From an uncultured virus (IMG/VR IMGVR_UViG_3300006128_000010) (taxonomy: Duplodnaviria > Heunggongvirae > Uroviricota > Caudoviricetes): a stretch of 57,945 nt of DNA. Under the pieces are notes generated by a model, which was not told the DNA's origin, made no database searches, and saw nothing but the letters and a program-made list of their open reading frames with translations. The stretch lies in IMG/VR virus record IMGVR_UViG_3300006128_000010, one strand, 5' to 3'. Made by a program: the position numbers and the translations under genes. Positions 19,010 through 28,174 of this stretch are shown one piece after another; the stretch's first letter is position 1; each line of letters opens with the position of its first letter.

Positions 19010-19924
19010 ATGAAAGATCTAATTATAGGAGGGGCAGCTAATTATTCCTGGTCAGAGTTAAAGTATTGGGTAAACTCTATTAAACGTTGCGGCTTCACAG
19101 GTGATATTGTTATAGTAGCCACAAATATAACCACAGAAACTCTGGAAAAATTGCAATCAGTTGGTGTTACGGCGTTTGTATACGGTGAAAAGGATACAAC
19201 AGGCACCTATAGATCAACTGATCAAACAGCACCACATGTACAAAGATTTATATATCTCTGGAATTTTTTAGATGTACTTAAAGAAAAATATAGATATGTT
19301 ATAGTCACTGATACCAGAGACGTTGTTTTTCAAACTAATCCAAGCGAATATCTAAGTAAGCATTGCATAAACAAACAATTAATTGCTAGTTCAGAAGGGT
19401 TAGCGTACAAAGATGAACCATGGGGTAATCAAAATTTATATCAAACTTTTGGGCCATTTTTACACGATAAATTAAAAGATAGTTTGATTCATAACGTAGG
19501 TACTATTGCCGGTCAGTTTGATTATGTTAAAGATTTGCTACTGATGATCTTTCAAATGAGTTTGAATAGACCTATTTCTGTTGTAGATCAAGCAGTATAT
19601 AACTTCCTAATTAATCAGAAACCCTATAATGATCTTCTACATTACACCACTAACCGAGATTCCTGGGCTATTCAACTAGGTACCACTAGATCTGCTATTG
19701 AATCGGGTGCCGGAGATATTGGTATAATGGCCAAGCAGGACCCTACAGTTTTAAAAAAATACCTAGAAGCTTATCAGGATACACAACCTATTATAGATGC
19801 CCATATTGTTAAGACTGAGCAGGGTGTTCCCTATTGTATAGTTCATCAATATGATAGAATTGACAGTTTGAAGCCGCTGGTATTGCAAGAGTATGATGAT
19901 AAATCCAACGGTGATAATAAATGA
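19010..19924 (+). CDS. Putative GT-A fold glycosyltransferase
   Basis: YVIVTDTRDVVFQTNP, NVGTIAG, DQAVYN, IVHQYDR; first gene of the glycan cluster. Confidence 0.6.
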   Translation: MKDLIIGGAANYSWSELKYWVNSIKRCGFTGDIVIVATNITTETLEKLQSVGVTAFVYGEKDTTGTYRSTDQTAPHVQRFIYLWNFLDVLKEKYRYVIVTDTRDVVFQTNPSEYLSKHCINKQLIASSEGLAYKDEPWGNQNLYQTFGPFLHDKLKDSLIHNVGTIAGQFDYVKDLLLMIFQMSLNRPISVVDQAVYNFLINQKPYNDLLHYTTNRDSWAIQLGTTRSAIESGAGDIGIMAKQDPTVLKKYLEAYQDTQPIIDAHIVKTEQGVPYCIVHQYDRIDSLKPLVLQEYDDKSNGDNK

Positions 19925-20949
19925 CTAAGACAGCATTTATAACAGGTATCACCGGGCAGGACGGTGCATACTTAGCAAAGTACTTACAAGCCATTGGCGG
20001 TTATAATATAGTTGGTTTAGCCAGACGTTCTAGTTCTCTTAATTTAAGTAGACTAGAAAAACTCAGAGTCGATATCAACAGTATTCAAATAGAATACTTT
20101 GACCTAATAGAACCGTTTAATATACAAAGACTTTTATCCAAGTATCAACCTACCGAAATTTATAATCTTGCTGCACAAACATTTGTGTCAACTAGTCTAG
20201 ATGTGCCATTATACACTATGGAAGTTAATAGTACCGGTGTCTATAGATTTGTAGAAACAATTATGAATACCGATATGAATATCAAGTTCTATCAAGCATG
20301 TACCAGTGAAATGTTTGGTCAAGCAGAAACAAGTCCGCAGTGTGAACAGACTATTTTACATCCCCGCAGCCCTTACGGCGTAGCAAAAGTAGCAGCATAC
20401 TGGTATGTTAAAAGTGCTAGAGAGAATCGGGGATTCTTTGGATGTAATGGTATAACTTATAATCATGAAAGTCCTCTAAGAGGTACAGAATTTGTAACTA
20501 AGAAGATTACATCGGGACTGGCTAACATAAAATTCAATAATGGTAATTCAATTAAACTAGGTGACATTAATGCTAAACGAGATTGGGGTCATGCCAGTGA
20601 TTTTGTAAGAGCTATGCATTCTATGTTACAATATAACACAGCAGACGACTATGTGATAAGCAGCGAAGAATGTCATAGTATTAAAGAATTTTGTGAAATT
20701 GCTGCTGCTTACCTTGATTATGAATTGATATGGTCTGGCAACGGAATCAATGCCAAAGGCATCGATTACTCAACCGGAAAAGTTCTAATAGAAATTGATC
20801 CAAAATTTTTCAGACCGGCTGATGGAAAAACATTAATTGGAGATAGTACAAAAGCCAGAAAGATCTTAAACTGGCACAGAGAATTTACATTTAAAGATCT
20901 TGTCACTGATATGATTAAATCTGATGCGGAGAAGTTCTGTGGAAATTAA
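19921..20949 (+). CDS. gmd: GDP-mannose 4,6-dehydratase
   Basis: ITGITGQDGAYLA, YNLAAQ, PRSPYGVAK, NHESPLRG.EFVTKKI, RDWGHA. Confidence 0.95.
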   Translation: MTKTAFITGITGQDGAYLAKYLQAIGGYNIVGLARRSSSLNLSRLEKLRVDINSIQIEYFDLIEPFNIQRLLSKYQPTEIYNLAAQTFVSTSLDVPLYTMEVNSTGVYRFVETIMNTDMNIKFYQACTSEMFGQAETSPQCEQTILHPRSPYGVAKVAAYWYVKSARENRGFFGCNGITYNHESPLRGTEFVTKKITSGLANIKFNNGNSIKLGDINAKRDWGHASDFVRAMHSMLQYNTADDYVISSEECHSIKEFCEIAAAYLDYELIWSGNGINAKGIDYSTGKVLIEIDPKFFRPADGKTLIGDSTKARKILNWHREFTFKDLVTDMIKSDAEKFCGN

Positions 20950-21907
20950 TTTAGAGGATCTACATAGAAAAGAACAAGAGTTCTTACAGAGTCAAACACC
21001 AAAAGTCTATGCAAAAGGTCGTAGTATTGTAACAACTTGCTATGATAAAGAATTAGCAAGTACTTGGGTGCTATTGAATGAGCTGAATAGATTAAAGTGT
21101 GAATTACCTGTTGAAATTTTTCATAGACCTGGCGAACTAACCAGTGAGCAAATTGCACTATTAGAAAGTGTCAATCCAGATTTAATTAAGATTAAAACTA
21201 TTACTGGACAACCAAAAGACTTTATCAGTAGGTACGGTCATAAACACGGGTGGGCCTGTAAAATATATGCGCTATATGAAAGCACGTATGCAGAAAATCT
21301 ATGGATAGATGCAGACAATTGTCCAATTAGAAATCCTGAATTTCTATTTGACGATACAGAATATCTAGCTAAAGGTAGTTTATTCTGGAGAGATATGTTG
21401 AGTCCAGATTCAGCTGATCAGTACAGTAGTAATAGTAGCATGTGGCCCATATTCAATGTACCAGTAAATGATGGCGAACCATTTGAATCGGGGCAGTTAG
21501 TTTTAAACAAAAATACGTGTTGGATAGAATTTGCGCTAGTCAAGTACTATGCTGACAACTGTGAAATTTACTATAACTTTGGCGGTGATAAAGAAACTTT
21601 TAAACTTGCATGGCAGCGTATAGGACATTTAAAAGGTCATCGGGCTTTACGAATAAATTATCATTCTGATTCAAACATTCCGTTTGGATTTATGCCATAT
21701 GGTCCGTTTAGCAAGGGAGTTACTAATCAATATGGAAAATGGGGCGGCGGATCGGTAATGGTACAACGTGATCGAAACGGTGATGAATTATTTAATCATA
21801 GAAATTTATCAAGATTTACGTTAGACGATAATAAGTACCTTGATATTTTAAATGAAAATCACTACCATAATTGGTTAAGTAAATTGAACAATATATATAA
21901 AATATAA
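20939..21907 (+). CDS. GT71 (Mnn1/Mnn2/Mnn5-like) alpha-mannosyltransferase
   Basis: LWIDADNCPIRNPEFLF, GSLFWRD, ESGQLVLNK, GDKETFKLAW. GTG start after GGAG. Confidence 0.8.
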   Translation: MEINLEDLHRKEQEFLQSQTPKVYAKGRSIVTTCYDKELASTWVLLNELNRLKCELPVEIFHRPGELTSEQIALLESVNPDLIKIKTITGQPKDFISRYGHKHGWACKIYALYESTYAENLWIDADNCPIRNPEFLFDDTEYLAKGSLFWRDMLSPDSADQYSSNSSMWPIFNVPVNDGEPFESGQLVLNKNTCWIEFALVKYYADNCEIYYNFGGDKETFKLAWQRIGHLKGHRALRINYHSDSNIPFGFMPYGPFSKGVTNQYGKWGGGSVMVQRDRNGDELFNHRNLSRFTLDDNKYLDILNENHYHNWLSKLNNIYKI

Positions 21908-21924
21908 AAATATAAGGACTTGCA

Positions 21925-22656
21925 ATGAACATACTAGTTGTCTCTATTATGAGAAATCGAGAAATACATATAGATACTTTTTGGAAACAATTAAATGCTG
22001 CTATAAGTCTTATAGGGGATCAAGCAAACTGGTATATCAGCATTTACGAAAATGATAGTACAGATCGTACAAAAGAAATGTTACACCAGTTAGACATGAG
22101 TCAATTTCTTGACTATAGTGTTATTACAGAAGATGTCGGAACAAGGTATTACGGTAGCACAATGGAGGAAGATCGTGTACGTAATCTGGCAAATGCTAGA
22201 AATAAAGCATTAGTGGCTAAAGATTTATATCTAAATGCTGATTATATTTTAAATATAGAACCTGATATATTATACAATCCAAAATTAATATACGATTTAG
22301 TAAATTTTCAACAATTTGGACTCAAGTCTATAGACGTATTCAGCGGATTGTTAAATAGAAGCGACGGTACCGGTAATGTATATGACACATGGTGTACAAG
22401 ACGTAATAATTTTGAGGAAGTTGGGGAAAAATTCATTGATTGGGAAATTAACCCTGTTAAAGAATTCTGGGCAACAGCAAATGGTGTTTGTTTATATAAT
22501 GCAGAGCCATTTCAGAAAGGTATTAGATACGGTTATATAAATCCAAGATGGAAAAGATCAGACTGCGATACTGCTGTAATATGTGAAGATTTCAGACTTG
22601 CAGGTTACAATAAAATATATGTACATCAAAAATTAATATCACATCACAATCCATAA
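21925..22656 (+). CDS. GT69 (Cap59/Cmt1-like) glycosyltransferase
   Basis: SIYENDSTDRT, LANARNKAL, YDTWCTR, NGVCLYNAEPF, CEDF. Confidence 0.65.
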   Translation: MNILVVSIMRNREIHIDTFWKQLNAAISLIGDQANWYISIYENDSTDRTKEMLHQLDMSQFLDYSVITEDVGTRYYGSTMEEDRVRNLANARNKALVAKDLYLNADYILNIEPDILYNPKLIYDLVNFQQFGLKSIDVFSGLLNRSDGTGNVYDTWCTRRNNFEEVGEKFIDWEINPVKEFWATANGVCLYNAEPFQKGIRYGYINPRWKRSDCDTAVICEDFRLAGYNKIYVHQKLISHHNP

Positions 22657-22667
22657 TAGGTAATAAA

Positions 22668-23324
22668 ATGCGGTTCGCACTAGTAACTTTACACGATGCA
22701 AATTATCAGGGACTGGCTAATACAACATGGGATAACAATAAATTATTATATGCCCATAGATATAACTATGATGCCATTGCAAAAAATGATAATTTTAATT
22801 ATAATCATCCATTTCTTGGATTTGAAAAAATTAAATTACTTATAGAAATAATGGATAAAAAAGAACATGACGCACTTTTTTGGTGCGGCACTGACACTTC
22901 AATTACTAACTTTCATATTCCATTAAATGAATTTTTATATGAAGGATATGATGTAACAATTGCATCAGATTTTAATTTTATTTTCAATACAGATGTATTT
23001 TTAATAAGAAATACTCAACGAGCTAGAGACTGGTTACAGATGATAATGGATAGTATGCCAGTATGTCATCCCATATGGTTCGAACAGGGATTAATGATAG
23101 ACTCTTATGAGAACAATAAGGATATGATTAAAATTGTTCCACAACGTTATTTAAATGCATACCCTAATATCACGTTTAAAGTTAATCGAGCACCCACTAC
23201 ATTAGATTTTTTAGGTTATAGCGGACTTTGGAGACCAGGTGATTTCTTAATGCATAGTCCCGGATTACCTTTACAAGATAAAATAAATGTACATCAAAGT
23301 ATTATTTCTTTAATATACAAATAA
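22668..23324 (+). CDS. GT34 (Mnn10/Gma12-like) glycosyltransferase
   Basis: EKIKLL, FWCGTDTSITN, FNTDVFLIRN, FEQ, IVPQRYLNAY, WRPGDFLMHSPG. Confidence 0.75.
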   Translation: MRFALVTLHDANYQGLANTTWDNNKLLYAHRYNYDAIAKNDNFNYNHPFLGFEKIKLLIEIMDKKEHDALFWCGTDTSITNFHIPLNEFLYEGYDVTIASDFNFIFNTDVFLIRNTQRARDWLQMIMDSMPVCHPIWFEQGLMIDSYENNKDMIKIVPQRYLNAYPNITFKVNRAPTTLDFLGYSGLWRPGDFLMHSPGLPLQDKINVHQSIISLIYK

Positions 23325-23337
23325 TGAGAGAGCCATC

Positions 23338-24666
23338 ATGACAACTTCAGACTCAATTTTAAAAGATATTACAACTTTTATAAACGGCAAAGAAAAGAAG
23401 CCATGGCAGCCCGGTGTTGATCTAGTTCAATATGCAGGCCCTTACTTTGATCATAGAGAATACGTTGCGGCGGTCGAAACACTGCTAGCAGGATGGTTAG
23501 TCTTAGGTAAAGATGGATTAATTTTTGAACGAGAGTTTCCCAAGCAGTTTGGAAAAGAATACGGTATTTTAACCAACAGTGGTAGTAGTAGTAACCTAAT
23601 ACAAATGAATGCTCTGAAGAGTAAGCGTCTATGGAACTTACCAGCTGGATCCAAAGTTCTTACTCCTATTGCAGGATTTCCTACCACTGTTAATCCAATT
23701 CTACAGGTTGGATTCATTCCTCTGTTTGTAGATATTGAAATTGATACTCTTAATTTAAATTTAGATCAAGTTGAAAGTGTATTAGCAAGTAACCCCGATT
23801 GCAGAGTTATTACATTTGCTCACGTACTAGGTAATCCTCCTGCTATGAATAGGTTAATGGAACTTGTTAAACAGCATAACTTGATATTATTAGAAGATTG
23901 TTGTGATGCACTGGGCAGTACTTATAACGGAGAGAAGCTAGGTAGCTTCGGCGAAATGGCCAGTTGCTCATTTTATCCTGCACATCATATTACAGCAGGC
24001 GAGGGTGGATTTGTTTCATGTAAAACTGCCGAACAAGAAACTGTTATCAAGTCTTTTAGGGAATGGGGTAGAGGTTGTTACTGTGCAGGGCCCAAAGCTG
24101 CACTACTCAAAAATGGTACATGCGGTTGTAGGTTCAAAGAATGGATATCTACAATGCCCGACGAGATATTTGATCACAAATACATTTATGATGAGATCGG
24201 ATACAACCTGAAGCCGATAGAATTACAGGCTAGTATATTGTTAGCGCAATTAGAAAAGCTAGATGAGATAACCAACTTACGTAAGCGCAACCATGCACTG
24301 TTGTTTAAATTGTTTGAACAATATGAGGAATTTTTTCATTTACCCCGAGCTACTGTTAACAGTGATCCTAACTGGTTTGCATTTGCTGTAACTGTAAAAG
24401 ATAATGCACCGTTTAAACGCAAAGATATTGTACAATACTTTGAAGATGCTAAGATTCAGACTCGTCCGTATTTTGCTGGTAATATTATGCTGCAACCTGC
24501 GTACAGCGGATTAGTTGATCAACAGCAAATGATGGTGAATTATCCTGTAGCAACAAAAGTCATGTTAGATACATTCTTCTTGGGAACAAGTCCAGTTATA
24601 ACTGTTGATCAAATCACATATATAGGTGAGAAACTTGATGTTTTTATTAAAGGGTATAAGGGCTAA
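23338..24666 (+). CDS. rfbH: NDP-4-keto-6-deoxyhexose 3-dehydratase (E1, PMP/[2Fe-2S])
   Basis: NSGSSSN, GFPTTVNP, HVLGNP, EDCCDALG, SFYPAHHITAGEGG (His in place of Lys), WGRGCYC..TCG, DHKY.Y..IGYNLK. Confidence 0.92.
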   Translation: MTTSDSILKDITTFINGKEKKPWQPGVDLVQYAGPYFDHREYVAAVETLLAGWLVLGKDGLIFEREFPKQFGKEYGILTNSGSSSNLIQMNALKSKRLWNLPAGSKVLTPIAGFPTTVNPILQVGFIPLFVDIEIDTLNLNLDQVESVLASNPDCRVITFAHVLGNPPAMNRLMELVKQHNLILLEDCCDALGSTYNGEKLGSFGEMASCSFYPAHHITAGEGGFVSCKTAEQETVIKSFREWGRGCYCAGPKAALLKNGTCGCRFKEWISTMPDEIFDHKYIYDEIGYNLKPIELQASILLAQLEKLDEITNLRKRNHALLFKLFEQYEEFFHLPRATVNSDPNWFAFAVTVKDNAPFKRKDIVQYFEDAKIQTRPYFAGNIMLQPAYSGLVDQQQMMVNYPVATKVMLDTFFLGTSPVITVDQITYIGEKLDVFIKGYKG

Positions 24667-24669
24667 CTG

Positions 24670-25317
24670 CTAACCCTTATACTTATATATTTTATCTTCA
24701 TATTCTATTGAGTCATACTCGTATCCAAGTTCAGTTAAAAATGATACTAAGTCATCTTCTGAGTATCCATAACGTCTAGCCCATCCGGCTACTTCGAGTG
24801 CAATAACAGGTTTAAATTTTTTAATGGTTTCTATCCCGCCTTTGAGAGCATTTAATTCATATCCTTCTATATCTAAATGAATTAAATCACAACGGTCAAG
24901 TGATAGATCATCTATCATTAGAGTAGGTGTTCGACCACCTCCACTAACATGAACTGCTCCCACGTTATCTTCCCATCTTGTTGTACCAACTAATTCGTGA
25001 TTATTACCAAGACATGCTTGATACTTGTAAACATTAGGCTCAGTAACATTAAGATTTAAGCAATAAAAATTCAGACAGTCTGGTTCAAAAGTATATACTG
25101 TTGCAAACAATTCGGCGTATTGTTTAACAAAATATCCACAGTTTCCTCCAGCTTGCACTAATACTTTCTTTTCTGTTACATGTGTTGCAACTTTTTGCGG
25201 TAAATCTTTATATCCAATAGTACCTTGCCAACAACTAATTGGATGGTTTAAATCACCTTTACCATCATATTTAGGCCACCACCAGCCCTCTGAATTTTTA
25301 ATGATACTTCTATACAT
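24670..25317 (-). CDS. FkbM family methyltransferase
   Basis: VQAGGNCG, YTFEPD, DLIHLDIEGYELNALKG. CATAAATA box at 25365-25358. Confidence 0.85.
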   Translation of the reverse strand: MYRSIIKNSEGWWWPKYDGKGDLNHPISCWQGTIGYKDLPQKVATHVTEKKVLVQAGGNCGYFVKQYAELFATVYTFEPDCLNFYCLNLNVTEPNVYKYQACLGNNHELVGTTRWEDNVGAVHVSGGGRTPTLMIDDLSLDRCDLIHLDIEGYELNALKGGIETIKKFKPVIALEVAGWARRYGYSEDDLVSFLTELGYEYDSIEYEDKIYKYKG

Positions 25318-25436
25318 ATTATAAACCTTTTATAAGTTATACCTAATAAATGCAAAATATTTATGTTATTATATTGTGGTATTAATTGAAACTTCTTATC
25401 ATGTTATTGAACTTTAAAACAATTGGCCAGACGATT

Positions 25437-25979
25437 ATGAAAAAAGCATTAATTATTACTTCCACCGGATTTAGAGATCATGAAGTAGTCTATCCATATT
25501 ATAGGCTCTTAGGTGCAGAATTCAAAGTTAAAATTATAGCCGATAAACGAGATGATCGTAACAGAGTGTATGGTATTAGTAATGTTAACATGCCGTGCCA
25601 CGTGTTACTTAATGAATTTACAGTAAATTTAGATCATTATCAAAATAACTACAACTTCTTAGTCATACCCGGCGGCGTAGTTGCTTTAGAAAAACTAAGA
25701 TTAGTTAAGCCAGTAATTGATTTTGTTACAGAATGGAACAACCGTAACAAAGTGATTGCTAGCATCTGTCAAGGTGCTCAAATTTTAATTTCAGCTAAAA
25801 TAGTCAAGGGAAGAAAAATATCCGGTTACTATAATATAGCAGATGATATTGAAAATGCGGGTGCAGAGTTTGTTGATGCACCTTTTGTTGTAGATCATAA
25901 TATTATATGCTCACCGCATTATGATCATATGGGTGAATGGATGGAAGCAGCATTACAGGTTTATAATGATCTCAACTAA
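25437..25979 (+). CDS. DJ-1/PfpI family protein
   Basis: GFRDHEV.YPYYRL, IPGG, nucleophile elbow ASICQG, DIENAGAEFVD. Start set at ATG 25437. Confidence 0.88.
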   Translation: MKKALIITSTGFRDHEVVYPYYRLLGAEFKVKIIADKRDDRNRVYGISNVNMPCHVLLNEFTVNLDHYQNNYNFLVIPGGVVALEKLRLVKPVIDFVTEWNNRNKVIASICQGAQILISAKIVKGRKISGYYNIADDIENAGAEFVDAPFVVDHNIICSPHYDHMGEWMEAALQVYNDLN

Positions 25980-26637
25980 TAATCATGAAACAGTGATTGT
26001 TCAGAAGCCTTGGGGATACGAATATCTAGCATTCAAAAATGAATTTGTTGCACTATGGTTTCTATATATAGATCCGGGCGAGCGTACCAGTATGCATTGT
26101 CATCCGAATAAAAGCACAGGATTAGTAATTCTAAATGGACAAGCAGAAATCAATTTTATAGCCGACAGTAAACAGCTCACAGGACCTGCTAAGCAAATGA
26201 TTAGAAGAGGTTTATTTCACCAAACTCATGCAATTGGTCCTGATCCAGTTTTAATGTTTGAAGTGGAAACTCCGGTAGATAAAGATGATCTTGTTAGGTT
26301 GCACGACAATTACGGTCGTAAAGATCGTGGGTATGAGGGTATGCAGTTTGAACTGCCAAAAAATGAAGATTGCCTATGGATAGAAGAAAATTCTGCCGTA
26401 TATAATTTTTGTAATAGAACTATTACAATAGAAAAAATCAGTGAACTAACTTCCTTGAGTAACAAAAATCCAGAATCGATTATCATGTTCTTACGCGGCG
26501 GGCTTGTTAAAAAAGTAAATGATACTCAATACTTGGTTACACAACCCGGAGATGTAGGACAGGTTAAGGTGGTTGATATTGTTGCTAAAGAAATGGATGG
26601 ATTCGAATACAATACAATCATTATGGTGATAGAATGA
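25966..26637 (+). CDS. Cupin domain protein (type II PMI C-terminal-like)
   Basis: KPWGYEY, TSMHCHPNK, EVETP..DDLVRLHD.YGR. Confidence 0.75.
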   Translation: MISTNNHETVIVQKPWGYEYLAFKNEFVALWFLYIDPGERTSMHCHPNKSTGLVILNGQAEINFIADSKQLTGPAKQMIRRGLFHQTHAIGPDPVLMFEVETPVDKDDLVRLHDNYGRKDRGYEGMQFELPKNEDCLWIEENSAVYNFCNRTITIEKISELTSLSNKNPESIIMFLRGGLVKKVNDTQYLVTQPGDVGQVKVVDIVAKEMDGFEYNTIIMVIE

Positions 26638-27020
26638 CCAACAGATTCCCTCCTGGGTTTGACTCAGACGAAAATAATTTATGTATAGATTTTGATGGTG
26701 TTATTCATACCTACGATCGAGGCTGGCATGACGGTACATGCTACGGTGATCCGATACAGGGAAGTCTTGAAGCTATCATTGAATTAAGTAAAAAATATCG
26801 TATTGTTATTTTTACAGCAAAAGCTAAACCGAGCCGCCCATTGGTTAATGGTAAAACTGGCACTGAATTAGTATGGGAATGGTTAACGCAATATGGCATT
26901 GCAGACTGTATCGCCGAAGTAACTGCTGAAAAACCACGAGGTTTTTTATATATTGACGATAACGGATATCGTTTTAAAAATTGGAACGACACACTGAAGT
27001 TTGTCGAAGGTTTAAAATGA
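26634..27020 (+). CDS. Minimal HAD family phosphatase
   Basis: DFDGVI, IFTA, KP..FLYIDD. Confidence 0.8.
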   Translation: MTNRFPPGFDSDENNLCIDFDGVIHTYDRGWHDGTCYGDPIQGSLEAIIELSKKYRIVIFTAKAKPSRPLVNGKTGTELVWEWLTQYGIADCIAEVTAEKPRGFLYIDDNGYRFKNWNDTLKFVEGLK

Positions 27021-28174
27021 ATGTTACTAATATTGAAGATCTACGTTGTCTTTACAAACGGCGTGTTCCAAAAATGTTTTATGACTACACAATAGGTGGG
27101 TCCTGGTCAGAAAGCACTTTAAACAATAATCAAAAAAAGTTTCAAGAAATTAAATTTCGTCAACGTATTGGTATTGATATTAGTAATAGAAGTATAATAT
27201 CTCAAATGCTAGGTCAACCCGTTGCTATGCCAGTTGCATTGTCACCTGTTGGCATGATTGGCATGCAACATGCAAATGGAGAAATACTTGCTGCCCAGGC
27301 AGCAGAAGAATTCGGAGTTCCTTTTTGTTTGTCAACTATGAGTATTTGTTCTATAGAAGATGTGGCTGCTAATACAACGAAACCATTTTGGTTCCAACTG
27401 TATATGATAAAAGACAGATCATTTACAGAAAAACTAATACAACGAGCACAAGATGCAAGGTGTTCAGCGCTGGTAATCACACTCGATTGTCAAATTTCCA
27501 GTCAACGATTAAGGGATATTAAAAACGGATTAACAATTCCTGTTAAACCAACTATGTATAATATTGCAAACCTAATGACTAAAATTAAATGGGGATTAGG
27601 TATGTTAGGAACTCAACATAAAACATTTGGTAATATTGTAGGTCATGCAGCAGGGGTTAAAGATCTTTCTTCTATTAGCACCTGGACTAATAATCAATTT
27701 GATTCTTCAATCACCTGGGATGATATACAGTGGATCAGGGACAAATGGCCAGGTAAACTTATTATCAAGGGTATTATGGATACCGTAGATGTCTTAAATT
27801 CTATTAAGTTAGGAGCAGATGCTATTGTTGTTAGTAATCATGGTGGTCGACAGTTAGATGGTGCACCTGCCACCATAGAAGTTCTACCTGAATTGGTAAA
27901 CACTGCTAAAGGCTCGGGCTTAGAAGTTTGGTTAGATAGTGGTATTAGATCTGGACAAGATGTGTTACGATCACTAGCATTAGGAGCTACTGGAACTATG
28001 ATAGGTCGTCCATATATTTATGGAGTCGGTGCATTGGGTAAAAAAGGTGTTACTAAATCTTTGGAAATTATTGCTAAGGAATTAGACTTAACTATGGCAT
28101 TTTGCGGAGTAACTAACATTAATTCAGTTTCAAAAGATATATTATATAGGAAAAATCATAATGAAAATAAGTGA
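27017..28174 (+). CDS. lldD: FMN-dependent alpha-hydroxy-acid dehydrogenase (L-lactate dehydrogenase type)
   Basis: RRVPKMFYDY, FWFQLY, LIIKGI, SNHGGRQLDG, DSGIRSGQDV. Confidence 0.92.
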   Translation: MNVTNIEDLRCLYKRRVPKMFYDYTIGGSWSESTLNNNQKKFQEIKFRQRIGIDISNRSIISQMLGQPVAMPVALSPVGMIGMQHANGEILAAQAAEEFGVPFCLSTMSICSIEDVAANTTKPFWFQLYMIKDRSFTEKLIQRAQDARCSALVITLDCQISSQRLRDIKNGLTIPVKPTMYNIANLMTKIKWGLGMLGTQHKTFGNIVGHAAGVKDLSSISTWTNNQFDSSITWDDIQWIRDKWPGKLIIKGIMDTVDVLNSIKLGADAIVVSNHGGRQLDGAPATIEVLPELVNTAKGSGLEVWLDSGIRSGQDVLRSLALGATGTMIGRPYIYGVGALGKKGVTKSLEIIAKELDLTMAFCGVTNINSVSKDILYRKNHNENK

